In this document: in pieces, positions 25,272 through 40,078 of the stretch
How positions within the stretch are numbered: the first letter of the stretch is position 1
Layout: the number at the start of each line of letters is the position of its first letter
Assembly (NCBI GenBank): GCA_046563655.1
Contig: CM102286.1
Span: 10,912,001-10,976,000 of the forward strand
Direction: 5' to 3'
From: Yuukianura sp. NJ FZ-2021
Taxonomy: Eukaryota
Length of the DNA: 64,000 bases
Made by a program: the position numbers and the translations under genes
Notes under the pieces: model-generated
Told to the model about the DNA's origin: nothing
Database searches by the model: none
The model's input: only the letters and a program-made list of their open reading frames with translations

Positions 25272-25974
25272 CCTGTGAAATTAAATAACAAGTCAAGGTG
25301 AGAGACGCCTAAAGAAAATACGTCTTACCTAGAAACGAGCTAAAATAAGGCCCAAACGGTATCATCGAAGCAGAAATGCTACTAATTATCGATGTGGTAC
25401 GTACTACATGCCAAGTCGAATTTCGTAGTTAGTTTTGACTACACTTTTATTCTTTAATCATCAACATTAGAGCTTAATAAATACACTGAAAACATTAATA
25501 ATTATTCTAACTGTAAGATTCAATTCATTATAGTGCAACATTATAACTCTGTATTTGCAGAACAAGCGAAGCAGTTTATCTTTATACAGAAGGAGCAGTT
25601 GAAATGTCAGGAGACCATGACCAGGGTCATTCAAATCAGTTACACTTATTCTGGAGGGAAAGGAAGGACTGAATAACACACTCAACGTGTGAACCATAAC
25701 CGTATCCTAAAAACTATAGATGCTTCGATAATTTTAACAGTACATATAGAATCAGAATCGTAACGTTTTAGTATTAGTGTCATGTAGTACTAGCAGAGAA
25801 TTAACGTAAGTATATCTACATTAATAACTGTTTGCTCAAAAGTAAAGCGTTGAACAGTGCTATTAAACCTAGAGTAATTGTTTCATAACAGATGCTACAA
25901 AGTAAACTCTGACAATTAATTTGTGGATTTGTCCAAGACATTTAGAGTAATCCGATAATACTGTCTAGCATAAC

Positions 25975-28900
25975 TCATTTTCTGCCGTAACTTCCATAGG
26001 TTTGACCTCCGTAGCCCTGCCATGTGCCAGCGCCGCCCCCGCCGTTGCTGCTGCCACGGGAGCTCGCCCCCCAACTTTGTCCGTAACCCTGATCCGGAAC
26101 CTGCTGAACCCAAGGGTCTGCGTGTTGTTGCTGCTGAGGATGGTAACCTAAACAAAACAAAATTCATTAGAAAAGTATTTGATTTGGCTTCCTTAATCCT
26201 TCTTCAGTTAACTATACGATTTGCATTACCTCCTCGTGCCGGTGTGTGTCCCCACCCGCCGCCGCCTGGCTGACCGGTTGTCCAGATTGACTGTAATGAG
26301 GAGAGAAAGTGATAATTTGAGGTTATGTTATGTTGTATTTGAGCAAAAACAATAATTAAATTCCAAAGGTTTTCATGAATAGCTAAGCTACTCTTTGTTG
26401 AACGAATATTCGATTGACCTAACCTACACCTACGGTAAGGTAATTCAAAGAAAATGTTAATACCTGTTGTGGACGAAGGTTGGCTGGTGGAGCTGCTGCA
26501 TGATTCGGCCCTCTCATGCCGTGACCCGGATACTGCTGGCGAGGAGAGTAGTTCTGGTACGGTCGTGGTGCTGGTGGTCCGCCTCCTCGGCCATTCATTG
26601 GAGGAACACCGCGAATCCAAGCACTTCTTGGCGCTTCAGCTCTTCTGGGAATGAGCGGCATTGGTGGCGGTCCACCTCTTCCACCACGCGATGAGCCGTA
26701 ACCGCGATGAGTAAAATCTCTGGGAACTCGGGCTGGCCCTGGACTGTACCGTGGCGGACGGCTATCCCCTCGCATAAATCGGAAGGGCGGCGGCCCTCCG
26801 CGGAATCCACGACGAGGTCCTCTGAAGCCACCGCCTCCACCTAGAATATTCGACAAATTCTTAACAGCTCAAGAATATTTGCTCAAAATTAAGTACTTTC
26901 ATAAAATATTCCGCTTACGAAACCCTCTGGAACCTCGAAATCCGTCATGTCCATGCCATCCTCCGCCTCGTCCGCGAGTTGGTTTGTGTCCATGATACCC
27001 GGCATCAGTCCCTTCCTTGTTGTACTTCTTTAGCAATTCCTCACACTCCTCTTTACTTAATTCTGGAAATTCCACTTCAGTAAAGATGTCCCCAACCTCT
27101 GGCAGGTGAAACGTAGCTGTTATTCAAATACAAGTTTCATTAGATCACTACACTAACCTAACCATATATTTTTGTATCAAAAATCAAAACCCGATTATAA
27201 ATCGACATGTTCAAGTGAAAATCAAAATATAGTCTAAAACTAGGAACGAAAAACCTCTTAAATCAACTACGGTTGAAATTTTGGTAACTTGAATTAGGAT
27301 AAATTTTGTAGTTATAAACATTGATTTTATGTTTTCGGAACCTTTCATATCTAGGAGTGTGGATTTGGGAACACTTTTTCCCTGCTCTTGTTCTCTAGCC
27401 TGGATACGTTTTTGATACTCCTCATCATTTGGTAAGATCACTACAGCCCGACGTCGCTTGAAACCCTCAAATCCAGCAGCCTTTCGACGTTGTACAAAGG
27501 TCACTACATTGCTCTAAATTGAAAAATCAGAATAGATACAGAGATTCCAATCTCTTCAATTTCATTCTTTTTAAGTACATTTTAAGTACTTTTTTGTTTT
27601 AGAAGAAATTAATGTCTAAATCTATTAGATTGGCGTTAATAGAGTTCGAGGGAGCTACAGAGTTACTTACTACTACTCTGTAAGAAATTATCAACATAAA
27701 TACATTTTAAATGGAGTCAAACGCTAGGAGTTAAACTCGGGGAAGGTATTAAAGAATATCAGACATGCGCACGCATGTTTAAAGTTTAAAACTTTGCTTT
27801 AGAATTGCAATTGCCTTTAGCAATCCATTCGTAGAGGGAACTGCAGCAGGATAAACTGCAATAATGTTTAGGTTTTAGTACAGTGTGCTCTCTTTTAACT
27901 TGTCGTAATGCCTGTTTGCATTGCGTCTCATTGAATGTTCAAATCACTTTCACTTGGGTTTGGGCTTGTTCGTTTTACTTGGTCGTTTAAACCAGTATTT
28001 CCCATTTGAAACTAATTCCAAAACAGGATGTTCAATTTCCATCGTATCCATAGTCACTTTGTTCCACATTTATATAGGCTGAGGCTTTGTGTTTGGTCAG
28101 ATCATCTGAGATGATTCATCTCCATTGAATCATTAATTGAGCTGTTAATTTCACTTTTGGATGAGAGGAGGGTTTACCTTGACTTGAAATAGCTGGCTAC
28201 GAAGAAGTGTTCCAAAATTCATGAATGAAAGGATTTTGTATATGTTTGTACGGGAATCAATGGCGGGATGATCATTTAAACTGAGAAAATCACAGTTTTC
28301 AATTATGTCTTGGACATAAACACTTGGGGATGAACTCCAATTTCCAATTGGGCAAATTGCGTTCTATTGAACTGTCATTTTTAGGAGATCACATAGCACG
28401 ACGATTTTCTGAATAAAATTATGGGGCGGCGTGCGGGTTAGGGATTGGGGCTAAGTTTTTTTTTCTTTGCACTGAAATTCTTTTGGTCGATTTAAACGTT
28501 TTAACTCTAATCTAATATGGGAGAGGATACAATGCTAAAATTCCCCTCCAAAAGGATTCTAAAATCCTTCAAAATGTTTTACCTGATCTAGAATGTAATT
28601 CCTTCGTCGGGTGGGTGCTATATCCAACAATTTATCAACGAAGCGTCCGGCCTTCATGTGAAAAGATTCATAAATTCTTGGAATAGTATTTCCAGTGAGT
28701 GTCGTCTTCTTAACAGCTCGGTCTACCACAGAAGACGTGCCAATAATGTTAAAGTGCTTGTCCAGGTTGGCATCTTTCTCCTTTTTCGCCCACGTTGTTT
28801 TACCGGAGCAAGGCAACCCGCACAGCATTACAAACTGAAGTGAAAGAATTCATAAACTATCAGTGCTTACTCAATCTGACATAGATTATCAGTCGGCTAA

Positions 28901-31109
28901 CTTGTACAAAAACATGTGCTAACGTTTAGATTATATGATTTGAATAACTCACCTCGCATTCGCTTTTATTCTCGGGACGAACAGGTCCACGGATTCTAGT
29001 GGGCGTTGTTGTTTCAACCTTTGCGACAAAGTTAAAATTCTCCAATAGTGGGTGAGCGGGTTCGGATTCCCCGAAATTTACTTCGAAGCTAACATTCCTT
29101 GTCAGAACGTGCGGAAAAAGTGTCTTCCCTTCGATGTCTGCCTTCGGAACCTGAATTGATTTCGGCAATTCCTTTCCATTTTTCGTGAATTTTATTTCAA
29201 CAGGGTCGCTGTCCAAATCCTGTGTACCAACAAAAGTCATATTCATATAGTTGTGTTAAGGACAATTAGGTAAGGGGGCAATCAGTAAGTACTTGGGAAA
29301 ATGCTAAGAAAAACACAACTTATAGTTAGTGTCACCAGTAAAAACATAAGTGACAGAGCTGTCTGCCTCCATACGGAGCAAGTTTCTACGACTTAAGTAT
29401 TTTAAAATAAAAATTACGAGGATGTATTGTATTCCAGGCTGGACGTTTTCGAATCTGGGTACAACTTTCTTTCTACTGGCGGGTCAAAAAGCACATAAAA
29501 AATGACTGGTTAGATTTTTATCTTACCAAAAAAGTTGAAATTATGTCCCCATTTTCGAACGTTGCGTCCTCCAAGTCTTGAATAGTACCAGCAATGTAGA
29601 ACTTTCCATCGCTACCGTATCCATACGAGACACTATGTTCACCTTTTCCAACAGAACAAAAAAAAAGTAAAACTAGTAATTTCATTTCTGACATCAATAA
29701 TGAGTCGATCTTTGCGGGCGTTACCCAGTTGTAGATCGGAGTGCAGATCAGACCACCCAACTCGAAGTACGTGTTTTGCTTCCAAGTCTCCAAAATCAAT
29801 GTTAACGTCGAGATTTTGCAGCCATTTAACTTCAAACGCCAGTTTGCCACCAGTGAAGCCATAAGTAGCCTTTACTCCAGCATATGCCCAAGGAAACTCG
29901 TCGTAAAGAAGCGGAGTAGCTTTCAGGAAGTCTGGCTTTGAAATTCCAATGTTTAGATCCGAATTGTCTAAAATGAAATGAAAATCAATGAACGTTTGAA
30001 CGTTTTGTAACAAAACCAAATAACCAGAGAAAACTTTGCTTACACCAATCCAGAAGGATTTTCTGCTCATCGAAGTCCGGTTCATCTTCCGGTAAAACAC
30101 GAACCGTGCTGTACTGATCCAGGCGTACCTTTTTTGATAGTTGATTAACCTGCTCATTCCCTGCAACCCCAACGTCGTTACTCCCATCTTCACGTTTACG
30201 TTTCAAGTCATCGTTATCAGTACTTCCGGTTTCCATTGATGATTCATTCGGATGGTCGTTCTTATGGTCACTGTTATCCTCATCATGAGTTGTCTTGCAT
30301 TCCCCACCTCCATGTTCGTCTTCCCCTTTACCGGAATCTTGCAAATACTTTGCGGAGCTTGAGTCAGTCACACTTTTTGCGGAGTCGTCCACTTCCATAG
30401 ATGTCTCAATTTCGGAAGAACAATTGTCTTTAGACTCATCAATCGATTCCTTCCCGTTCCCATGAATAGGTACTTCCGAAATTGACTTCTCTGATTCTAC
30501 GTTCGTGGGTACAATAGTCTCAGACGTAAGACATTTGGAAGCAGGGTCATCAACTGAAGCTTCATCGGCGGCGGGATTTACTGATGCCTTAGCCGGAGAA
30601 TTCTTCTCGGAAGCAACTCTTTGGTCGGAAACACCCATATTTTCATTAGCGTTATTAGCATCAGCAACATTCTCTACATCCGCGGCGAGTACTTTCTGAG
30701 GAGACGGTTTGGGAGAAGCTTGTTGTGTGGGTACCGTTGTCTCGGGCGACACAGCGACGGGAACTTGCACAACTGGTGACATAGCGGCAATGTTCTTCAC
30801 TGGTGAAGATGATCGTCCCCTAGTGGTCCGCGACGGACTACTATCCTTCACTGGTTCGGGATCGGTTTCTGATGTTACTTCGTCCTCAGCTTCCTCACTG
30901 CTATTAAATCCAGCTGCAGTACTAGATTCTACTGGGATTCTTGCTTTCACCAAGGTTCCATTGCCCAAATCTCCACCTTCCTTCACAATTGCGTCGAGAA
31001 GCCTATCTACCAGAATTGCCTTTACTCCTTTAGTATCTAATCCCCTTGATTGCAGCTCCTGTTTTAACTCGGCCACCTTCAACTTCTGGACCTCATCAAC
31101 CGATTTCAT
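25975..31109 (-). CDS. HNRNPUL1: hnRNP U / hnRNP U-like protein (SAP, SPRY, P-loop, RGG), multi-exon
   Basis: SAP domain KLKVAELKQELQSRGLDTKGVKAILVDRL, SPRY exons (WAYAGVKATYG, LRVGWS, FPHVLTRNVSFEVNFG), P-loop GLPCSGKTTWA, RRRNYILDQ and a Gly/Arg/Pro-rich C-terminus. Assignment to UL1 rather than U is tentative. Confidence 0.88.
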
Positions 31110-32872
31110 TCTATTATAAAAAAGTACAATAGTAACTTCCGTTCGGCGATATATACTCGTTAAACGTAAACCTAAACGTGTCAAACGAATTCTGTTTCTG
31201 ACAGAGTATGATTTCTTACCTGATCGTAATTGAGTGCTTTCGTATCAATTTAGGGGTGTCCTATTTTCTGATTTCCAGGATGTCCACGTCACCCAATTGA
31301 AGTGGTAAAATTCTAAGACAAGAAAAATCAACTATTAAAAATTAGAAGATACGATCATCCGGATTTTCATGCATTTAGTACTCGGCATGGGCTGGCAGAG
31401 TGCTTTGATTTACTAACACTACACGGAACAGAAGATAAAGCATTCATTTTCATAATTCAGAATATATGAACGTCGAATGGAAAATGAACAGTTGATATCT
31501 ACACGTTAGTTTGATACTTTTTTTTAAGTGTTATGGTGAATTCTTCGACATACGTACCACACAACCGGACAATCGATGACCCGACGCCCCTATAATCCTA
31601 GCGTTACTGTACAACAAATGCAAAGGTGCGTGAACAATCGGAGTAGCGGTGGTTATTTTACATGTATTATTTGGCAGTATCTTATCGTACTTGAAACGTT
31701 GCTTCGCTGTGTACCAGATAGTACAGTGATGGAACGAAACACAATCGATGCAACTTGACTCCAGTGAAGAAATCAACCAAGAACGAAAATGACTAATTAT
31801 ACAAGGTGTGAATTCTATAAATGCCGTCGGTCTCCTGAAATCGTTTCTTTCGATTCAATTTGATATTGAAGATTGTGAACTTGTGATTTTAAAATGCTTC
31901 GTATTTCAAAATCGATCGCACAGAGCCGACAAGCGTATTCTATTCACTACAGACCAGAGCAGATACAGATTAGAAAGAGATGAGAGGGAATCGCGGAGGA
32001 GTCGGCGACGAATGCGTTCAAAATGCTAGAGCGTTTTAGACTAACTTGCTATACCTTTCTATATATAGCATAACAAAGCAACAGTGGGTGAGGAAGTGCA
32101 TAGAGGGTACAGGTACAGGGTACAAGGGATAATAATAGTGAGATATACGGATCCACAGTTCATTTGAGTAAGGAATAACTAAACTTAATGTATCCTGCGA
32201 AAGACAATGTGGTCGCAGTTTTCATTCCAGTATTACTACAGCGACGCCAACCCCCTACCCCGCTTACAATTTGCAAAAAAAAAAAAAAACTAACTTGAGA
32301 ACGTTTCCATTACCTGCCTATCGCTTTCCATTTGTCGTATGTCGCTGAATTTAGACCAGCCAATAATCGCGGCATGAAAAAAAACGACTAATACTCAGAA
32401 TTGTGATAAGCCCCGGTTACAGGACAGCCTGGCAAAAAAAATGACCTGGCAAAAAAAATTTCATTTTGCCTAGCCAAACACACGCTGGCAAAACGGTGTG
32501 CAAAACCGAAAATGCTAGCCCATTTTGCCAGGGTCTTTGCTACCCAGTTTAGGTTAAAACCAACCTTAAAAACCCAAACCTGGGCTTCTGTCTATGCAAA
32601 CTCAGGCAAGTATTTGCCGCAGTCTACCGCGCCATTTGTTTAATTACTAAAAAGCTTTGAAGTCTCGTATATTTTAAGATAATTTAATAATATGTTAGCA
32701 TATACGAATTGCATAACAAGATTTCGTCACATTACCGGGAAACATATCATTGGACGAAAACGAGTATATTAAATTAGGCTGAGTGAGACTCGCTTCTCCG
32801 TCAAATTCAATTAAATTACCTCTAATCAGCTAAGTCCGTTGCATTTCCGACTAAAACTAAATTTAAAGCGTA

Positions 32873-35800
32873 TCAAGGGTCAAATGTTTTCCACCATTTC
32901 TTGACTGGGAAATCCACTCGCTGTTGAGCGTCTCGTGCCTTGTGAGAAGGAAACAGTCCCATCTGCAAATAAATGATTAGACAATCCTTACATAATAATC
33001 CAACCCAAGACAGTATGAATATAATTTAAGGTGTACTATAATAGATACAAAACCGTACCCGATTTGTACGCCGATTCGTACCCTTGGACAAACCATTCCA
33101 ATGATTTCCAGCAAGGTGTATCATATCACCGGCCTTCAGATCTATTTCTTGGTCATTCCTTGCAGCGTGACCTTTGACAGCTACTTGTACTACCCCAACT
33201 CCTCCACCATAGTAGTAAACGTCGTCTAGTGAGATAAATCTCTGAGATGCATCCGGATGTCGCGTTTGCATGATTTCATAGGCCAGTCTGCATACCTATT
33301 AGTAACACAAAAACCGAAGAGAATTCTATAATGAAACTTAGAACTACATAATGGCTTTGACACGGCTGCGCATAGTTATCAAACAATTTGCGAATGGTTG
33401 TAAAACATAAGGTTACAGGTTGTGCACAAAACGTGAAGCATCTTTCTAAAAATCTGTCATTTCTTGACAGTTGGTAAGACCGACAAGGTAAAATCATAAG
33501 CTTGGTTTCACAAAAAAAAAAATAAAAACGGTGGGAAGGTTGGATTTGTTGAAGCCACCCTGCGCATTAACAGTAAAGCCCGAATCACATTGCAAGCCTT
33601 GCGTCGTGCATCAACTTTAACGCTGACGCTCAGAATTAAAGCGCGTTGATTTTGACGCAGACCCGAAGGCTATCACACTGCGAGCTCTGGCGTTAAAAAA
33701 AAAGCAGCTTCAAAAAAAACGCACAGATTTTACCTACACCTACTATGACTGATCCTAGGCTATGACTTATATCCTATGAGGAACCTGCAGAAAGGTATTG
33801 GATATGGCTGAACAGCTGAGAAGCTGAAGTTAAATGTAATTCTTGGTCAATTTCGGTGCTTGACTTTCCGTTTCTTGACTTTCCCATTAAAGTCAAGGTT
33901 CTTCATCCATTTTTCTATAAACACATAACCTTTTTAGATAATTAAATAATTAAATTAAAATAACAAGTCCGGCGCCGGAAGTTTTAATAATATTTTGTTT
34001 CAGTAATGCAAAATGGACATTACCTGACTTGAAACTGAAGTTAAACCGTGTCATTTTTGGTTAAAGTTCACATTACAGATGATAAACAATTAAAAGAAAG
34101 AGGCGATTCGATTCACGGCTGTCTCTACAGTTCGGAGCTTATGGACCCAACTTGAGATTGGTATCTGGTGGAGGCTTTTGTGTATTATCAGTTGCCCCTT
34201 CTTTGCGAAGAGAGGGAGGCACTGTTTTGTTAAAGGCGCAGTGCCTCCCTCTCTTCGCAGAGAAGGGGCAACTGATGATACACAAAAGCCTCCACCAGAT
34301 ACCCATCTCAAGTTGGGTCCATAAGCTCCGAACTGTAGAGACAGCCGTGATTCGATTTTGACGCGAAGAAAAGTTGAACCAAGTTCAACTTCTCATCGCG
34401 TCAACTTTTCTTGACGCGACGTCAGTTTTGAATCGGAAGGAGGCAGTGTGATAGCTCCCCGATTTTGAGGTCGCGTTGAGTTTGAAGCTGAGAAAAAACG
34501 CGCGTCAACTCAACGCAGCCTCAAATCCAATGTGATAGCCTTTTTCTCGCGTTGGATTCAAATCCAACGCAAAAAGTTGAGGTGCGTCGGCAATGTGATA
34601 CGGGCTTAACACACAAAGTTAACTTAATCTAAAAGTACACTTAGTAATATTAATTGCAATTCAAACCTGGGACGAGAAGGTACAAATGACGATATCACAT
34701 TCTGAGAGGAGAAACACATCTTTTATGATTCCGTGAAGTGCGTAATACCTTTGCGAAAGTGAGGCTGATTGAGCAACGCTTTTATCCCCTAAGATTTCCC
34801 ATCCAGCAGAGGAATACCTACACAAAAAGTTAATGTTGGTAACCATGCTAGTACGTTTTGGAAAAAAAAAAGTAAAGGCGACTCACAAATTTGTTGCCTC
34901 TGTGATAACACTCGGGTCATCCGATGCAATAAACGCTTTTCGTTTAGCCGGTGCACCATTGAAATTCTCGAGAATACTGAAGTATTCTTCAGCGTGTTCC
35001 ATATATTCAGGTAAAGCATGAAAAGAGGCTTCTGTCCCTATCTTGTCCGTCCGTCGTATATGAATGCTGAAAATATAAAAGGAGTTCAAGACTTTTCCAC
35101 TTAAGCAATAACACATACTGTCTTAGACGCTACTTGACATGATCAATCATTATTACCCGACAATCGGCGACTCAATGCCTAATTTCCGTTTACTCTCCTC
35201 GATCGTAGAGTTAGTTTCAGGTTGAAGTCTGAGCAAATACTTCATAAACTGGCCAATCCAGAAAATATGCGGTTCACCGTGAACAAGTTCTAGCGTTGGT
35301 GCCAAGTCCGACGGAATCGCTACTGGTAGGTAAGGAGGGCGTGGTTTTAGGAAATCAACAATTGGCAAATTTAAAACTTGGGCATCATGCTTCCCAGCTA
35401 AAAGAAAAAAGAAAAATGCTGTTTCTCACGTTCGTTGCTTAAGTTTCGAAATGTTAAAAGCGACAGAACTACTTACCGGCCCAATCACCTCTCGACATGC
35501 CTAATGTATTTGTACATGTATCGCTTAAAGGTAGGAATACTTTTTCCCATCCCTGTCGGTTGTATCTCCACCCTTTAGATTCTAGGATTAACGTTCTAGA
35601 TGTTGCGTATGCAACAATTAGACAATAACCGACATGGTGTAGTTGACATCCAAATCCACAGCCTAGATAAGGAATAAAAGAAAAAAAAATTGTACTGCAC
35701 AAACCAACTACATAAGCAGAAAAAACGTGTTGTTGGTTCTTGGGTATACAGTTAATGTAGTGTTAATTTATTAGCTCCAATCATTCTTACCTTTGTTTAA

Positions 35801-36472
35801 CGTACAAACTAGTTTTCTCGCCGTAGCACAATCACGTGGATTTTGCAAGTCGTAGATTCTTTTCTGAATTAAGTTTGTTATGTCATCCATTTGGCGTTGT
35901 CTGCTTCCTTCATACCCATCTGAAGCTCGGAGTCTCATTAAATAGCCTCGTAATTGACTAATTAAAGTTAAAAAAACGTTGCTAATTAGGTCAACGCCAT
36001 AAAATAGCCAACTCTTTGCAATGATCTGATTTTCGTAGAAAACGACTTACCTGTACACCTCGTGCATTTGAGCCATGTCTTTATCACCGATATTTCCGGC
36101 TTTTGCGCGAATATTAAACCACAGTTCCTTCAGATCAGTTTCCAGCAACCTGCGGGCTTTCTCATATTCGGGTGGTATTAGTGCACTTCCATTTATTGAA
36201 TCTTGCCCACTTGGAACATTTGGTGAGCCACCAAGCAAAATTTTTTTCATGTCGTCGTAGGTTCTCCGTAAATCATTCACCTCCTTCAGCACGATATCAA
36301 TGCGGTTGACTAGTTGAACAGTATCTCCGTTCCTCTGTAGAACTCCTGTATATACATCTTCGCCATTGCTCGACCGATTAGAGCTCGGGATGAATGACAT
36401 CATCATTAGTAAGAGGAACCAAAAGGCAATTAAAATAAAAACGCATTTGATGATATAGTTGACAGAAGTCAT
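32873..36472 (-). CDS. FUT8: Alpha-(1,6)-fucosyltransferase, multi-exon
   Basis: Type II signal anchor, [37 protein letters not shown]-like motif, [10 protein letters not shown] and an SH3 domain ([16 protein letters not shown]). The last exon ends WKTFDP* at 32873. Confidence 0.95.
33577..34606. mobile_element. PIF/Harbinger-type MITE in a FUT8 intron
   Basis: 17-bp TIRs AGCCCGAATCACATTGC / GCAATGTGATACGGGCT (1 mismatch), flanked by TAA at 33574-33576 and 34607-34609. Confidence 0.75.
34114..34349. mobile_element. 236-bp fold-back element nested in the Harbinger-type MITE
   Basis: Near-perfect inverted arms of ~110 bp around a ~14-bp spacer, with an 8-bp direct repeat ATTCGATT at 34106-34113 and 34350-34357. 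Confidence 0.9.
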
Positions 36473-38395
36473 TGTACTTCTGCAATTCACCGTATTAATC
36501 AATGCAATAGACTGTTTCCCACCGGTTTCTTAAAATCATCCCTCAAACGTCAAATCTAAAACCAAAATAAGAACACAAGTCAGTTAATTATGATGAATTA
36601 GCGTATTTCTATTTAGGTTGAAATCGTAAACGAGTTTACAATTATGTTGGAAGCAATTTACCAGATTTTTCTGAGACGACAAACTTCCAACAGAAATGGT
36701 TGTGTGATTCTCCGGAAATCCATCTATTCCGTCACATATATGCGACTGATACCGCGTGTGACAACTGATAACTGGACTTATAGAACACGGGATTCCTTGA
36801 TTTTCATCTTGAACACTAAAAACAAAAACAAATCATCAGTATTTTGAAGCACAAACGTTATTTCAAAACATGTTCTTAAAATACCGAATCTACTATTTAA
36901 AAAAAATCAAACCACTACACGAGGAAGAGGATATGAGCAATATTAGGAGAGGAGTGTGCACGCAAGTTACAAGCTTTTTAGAAGTTGGTTAGGTTGGAGA
37001 TGTGACTTGCAAAATCATGACATACTTTAATGAAGTAATATAATGACTGAAATGACCAATTAAAGGAGAACCAGGAAGTTAAAACCGAACAGTAAGAGTA
37101 GTTAAACAAGTTAGTTGGTTTTACAACATTTATGATATCTAAAGGCAAACCATTATAATAGTAAATAGGATGTTCAACGTGGAAATAACCATCGCACCTA
37201 GATTATTCACTGGAGTGAGCGACGAGTGAGTGACCTGACCAGACCAGGGATAGGGAAGGATGGTTCGATGATTGTGGCTTTATCTTCCAGATCTGAAACA
37301 AACATAAAAAGAATAGAGCAGTTGAGTTGATCCAGGCTCAGCCTCTGTTCTCATTAAACACAATTTGAATAAATTTTTAGTAGGATATGACAAGGATCTC
37401 CTTGATTCGTCAAAGTCAATAAAATAACGAAGGATTACCACAAACGATGCCAAAGCTTGCTCTTGTCCGTCGTGAGTAAAGTTGAATAGAACTTTTTAAT
37501 CAAATTAGGTAGACGTACGAGTTATAGCAAAGGTTGAGACGACCATAAATTAATAATTATTTACCGGAAACTTATTTTAAAAATACATAAAAGAAATTAC
37601 AAAAACAACACAGTTTGAAAGCGGTCTTTATTTCAATGAAAAATGAATACCGTACCGGGGGAGTGGACTTTAATGAAAGAGTTGTGTAGTTGGGTTATGT
37701 GATCTCTGTGGTTGTGCAGGACAAATGAACATCACGCTTGTACCCGTCGCTTAAAACGGATCTTTTGTCTTTTGTGCTTACAAGAACAAAAACAATAGTT
37801 AACGTCTGATCCAGAAGAATGGTCACTTGCGACCACATGATGTGCACAAAAGTTGCTCTCGATGGATGACAGGAACAACCTCTGTGTAGGCCATTTTTCA
37901 TGCTAGCAAGGATGAAGCCGATCTACCTTCACCTTTGACCCAGGAGGAGTTGACTTACCGACGATAAGAAACCATTCCCGGGTCTCCAGTGGGCCTACAT
38001 TACAAGCGGGATCCCGTAAATGTTGAGCCTTTTTCGAGAAAATTGGTAGTACAGGACAGCGTGCAGACAGAAAGACAAATTGAAAGTATAATGACGCTTT
38101 CGATACTTTTTTTGTAAATATATTTATATTTGGCCATATTAAGACCATATTATAATCCGAAATACATTGGGAATGGGAATAGAAGAAAAAGACTGGAAAA
38201 TAAGGCACAATTATAAGTTTCGCATCACTACAGAAAGGTCATCCTTGAAACAAATTTTACAACTTGTTTTTCAGTGTATAAATGAACGAACCGATCCAGT
38301 GAAATTTAATTTTACTGGGACAATAAACTTGTTTTTTAAAGAATTCCGATCCCGGGTGAAGCAATAATTTAAATTTTTAAACCCTACCGCCACAA

Positions 38396-40078
38396 CTAAA
38401 CAGGATGTAGTACCCAAGTGCATGCGTCTACATCCTCTTTGTACGACGGACCTTTCGTAAGTTTTGGAGTCGGAAAATACTTCCATCCCCAACCTGCCCG
38501 TGCCCATGCGTATGACCAATCACGACATACGACTTTACTAGCCTCTCTCGACGTGTCAAACGGACGAAATTTGAATCCGATGCCGCTTTCCCCAATCCCT
38601 TTGGCAGTCCTTATCGGCTGAACTTGCCAATTCAAATTCAGATTCCGTCCTTCCTCTGACGTCAGAAACACTTTGTCGCCACGGCTACCAAGCGTCCAAG
38701 TTCTTTGTGTATCGTCGAACTTTCGGTGGAACCTAAACACCACCGGGTCATTGCACGTTGCAGACACCACTTGAATTTCCCACCTAAAATATTGGAACGA
38801 ATTCGCCCGTTTTAAAATGTATTGTCCAGTTGGTCGAAAACTTAAAACAAAATCCGACGTTACCCGCATTCCGCTGAGGTGACTGTGAAGCCGTTGCCGG
38901 AATTTTTCAGCTCAAGGATTAATTCGTTAGTGTTTTCTAATTTTTCAATGGATACCGGGTACTCCTTCTCACGGATATACATATCGTAGTGAAAATTTCG
39001 GATACATACTGCTTCATTTGAATATAAATTTTGAATTTGGCGCGGAAATTTTTCCATCAGGTTAGACACATTTTGAACTACAGCGTGATGAACCGTGTTT
39101 GCAACCTGGAGCGTATACGTGGACGCCAAGAGCTGTGTTATTTTAAGCTCTTTTAAAACTGCCCTCGTTAACTTGTCAGCCAATGCCGGCTCACGCGTCG
39201 CTAAATTCCACACCGCACACCTGAGATGCAACATATTTTCGTCCCGTTTATGACGCAACATTTCGTATATCACTTCTTCCAAGAAAATTTCCCGCTCGGA
39301 GGTAACCATATTTTCCAAATCAGTTTTGAATTCTTGAAACTTCTGGGTTGACAACTTTTCGATTAGTCCCATCACCCGTTCACGTCTCTGGCGACTCTGT
39401 ATTTTAAATATAATAAAGTAATTTATTAATAAAACGTTGAACTGCAGATTGCAGAATTTCTTTTGACGCATACTGTGATAAGTGTGGAGTTACCTTAATA
39501 TTGGCTTCCAGAGTCACAATTCGTAGCGCAACCTGATCATATTCAAGTTGGAAATCAGCTCCACATGTTTTAGGATTTTGTAAATTGTTTTCCGTTCTTA
39601 AGAACGCCATTCGAGACTTCAGTTTCCCTAGACGCGAGAATTCTTCGTCAAAGTTAGTCAGAAGCTGGGTTCGGAAATTTTGTTGCATTTTATCCAATTC
39701 CAATCCCAATTTATGGATTAGCGCCTGAAGACCAGCCTCAATTTCACCACACTCCTCGGTTGTAGAAAATATTGAAATATCTGTTAGCAGTCGCTCCGTA
39801 ATAGACCCAGTCCAGTTTTTAAAAGTTGCCTCCAAAACTTGCTGTAGTTCATTTTGCCAAAGGGTCAACCGCGGGTGAATGCCCTTAGTATTTTCCGTTC
39901 GGTTTCCTGAAATTTGTTTTTACTTTGCTGAACCACAGTTTACAAAAAAAAACAATATACCTGTTTTTACAACGTTTTATAACCAAGACGGTCTTGACTC
40001 ACCTGATGTGTTACGATTTTCCTGGCAAGTAACCACTACACTTATGAAGATGATGAAAATTTGAAATACGGATGCCAT
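38396..40078 (-). CDS. Secreted helical + putative beta-trefoil protein, paralog A (4 exons)
   Basis: Signal-peptide exon MASVFQIFIIFISVVVTCQ. Shared family motifs FPRQIQNLY...CIRN, ECG|WEI..V....DPVVFRF.RKFDD, NWQVQPI and CTWVL. Confidence 0.8.

Noticed and set aside
27880..28420. Coding-looking stretch inside an hnRNP U-like intron
   Set aside because: Stops interrupt the frames I examined and no recognisable domain is present.
32408..32630. Repeated CTGGCAAAA motifs after an AGCCCCGGTTACA start
   Set aside because: Probably a MITE fragment, but I found no matching second terminus or target duplication.
34090..34361. Two near-identical ORFs on opposite strands
   Set aside because: They are a by-product of the DNA palindrome; no coding evidence.
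11705..36472. Two Golgi glycan-modification genes (SLC35B2, FUT8) in one window as a functional cluster
   Set aside because: They are ~20 kb apart, separated by unrelated genes and act in different pathways; likely coincidence.
37695..38208. Short minus-strand ORFs just downstream of paralog A as a possible fifth family member
   Set aside because: They lack the FP.QIQNL, DDPE and C.W.L family motifs.
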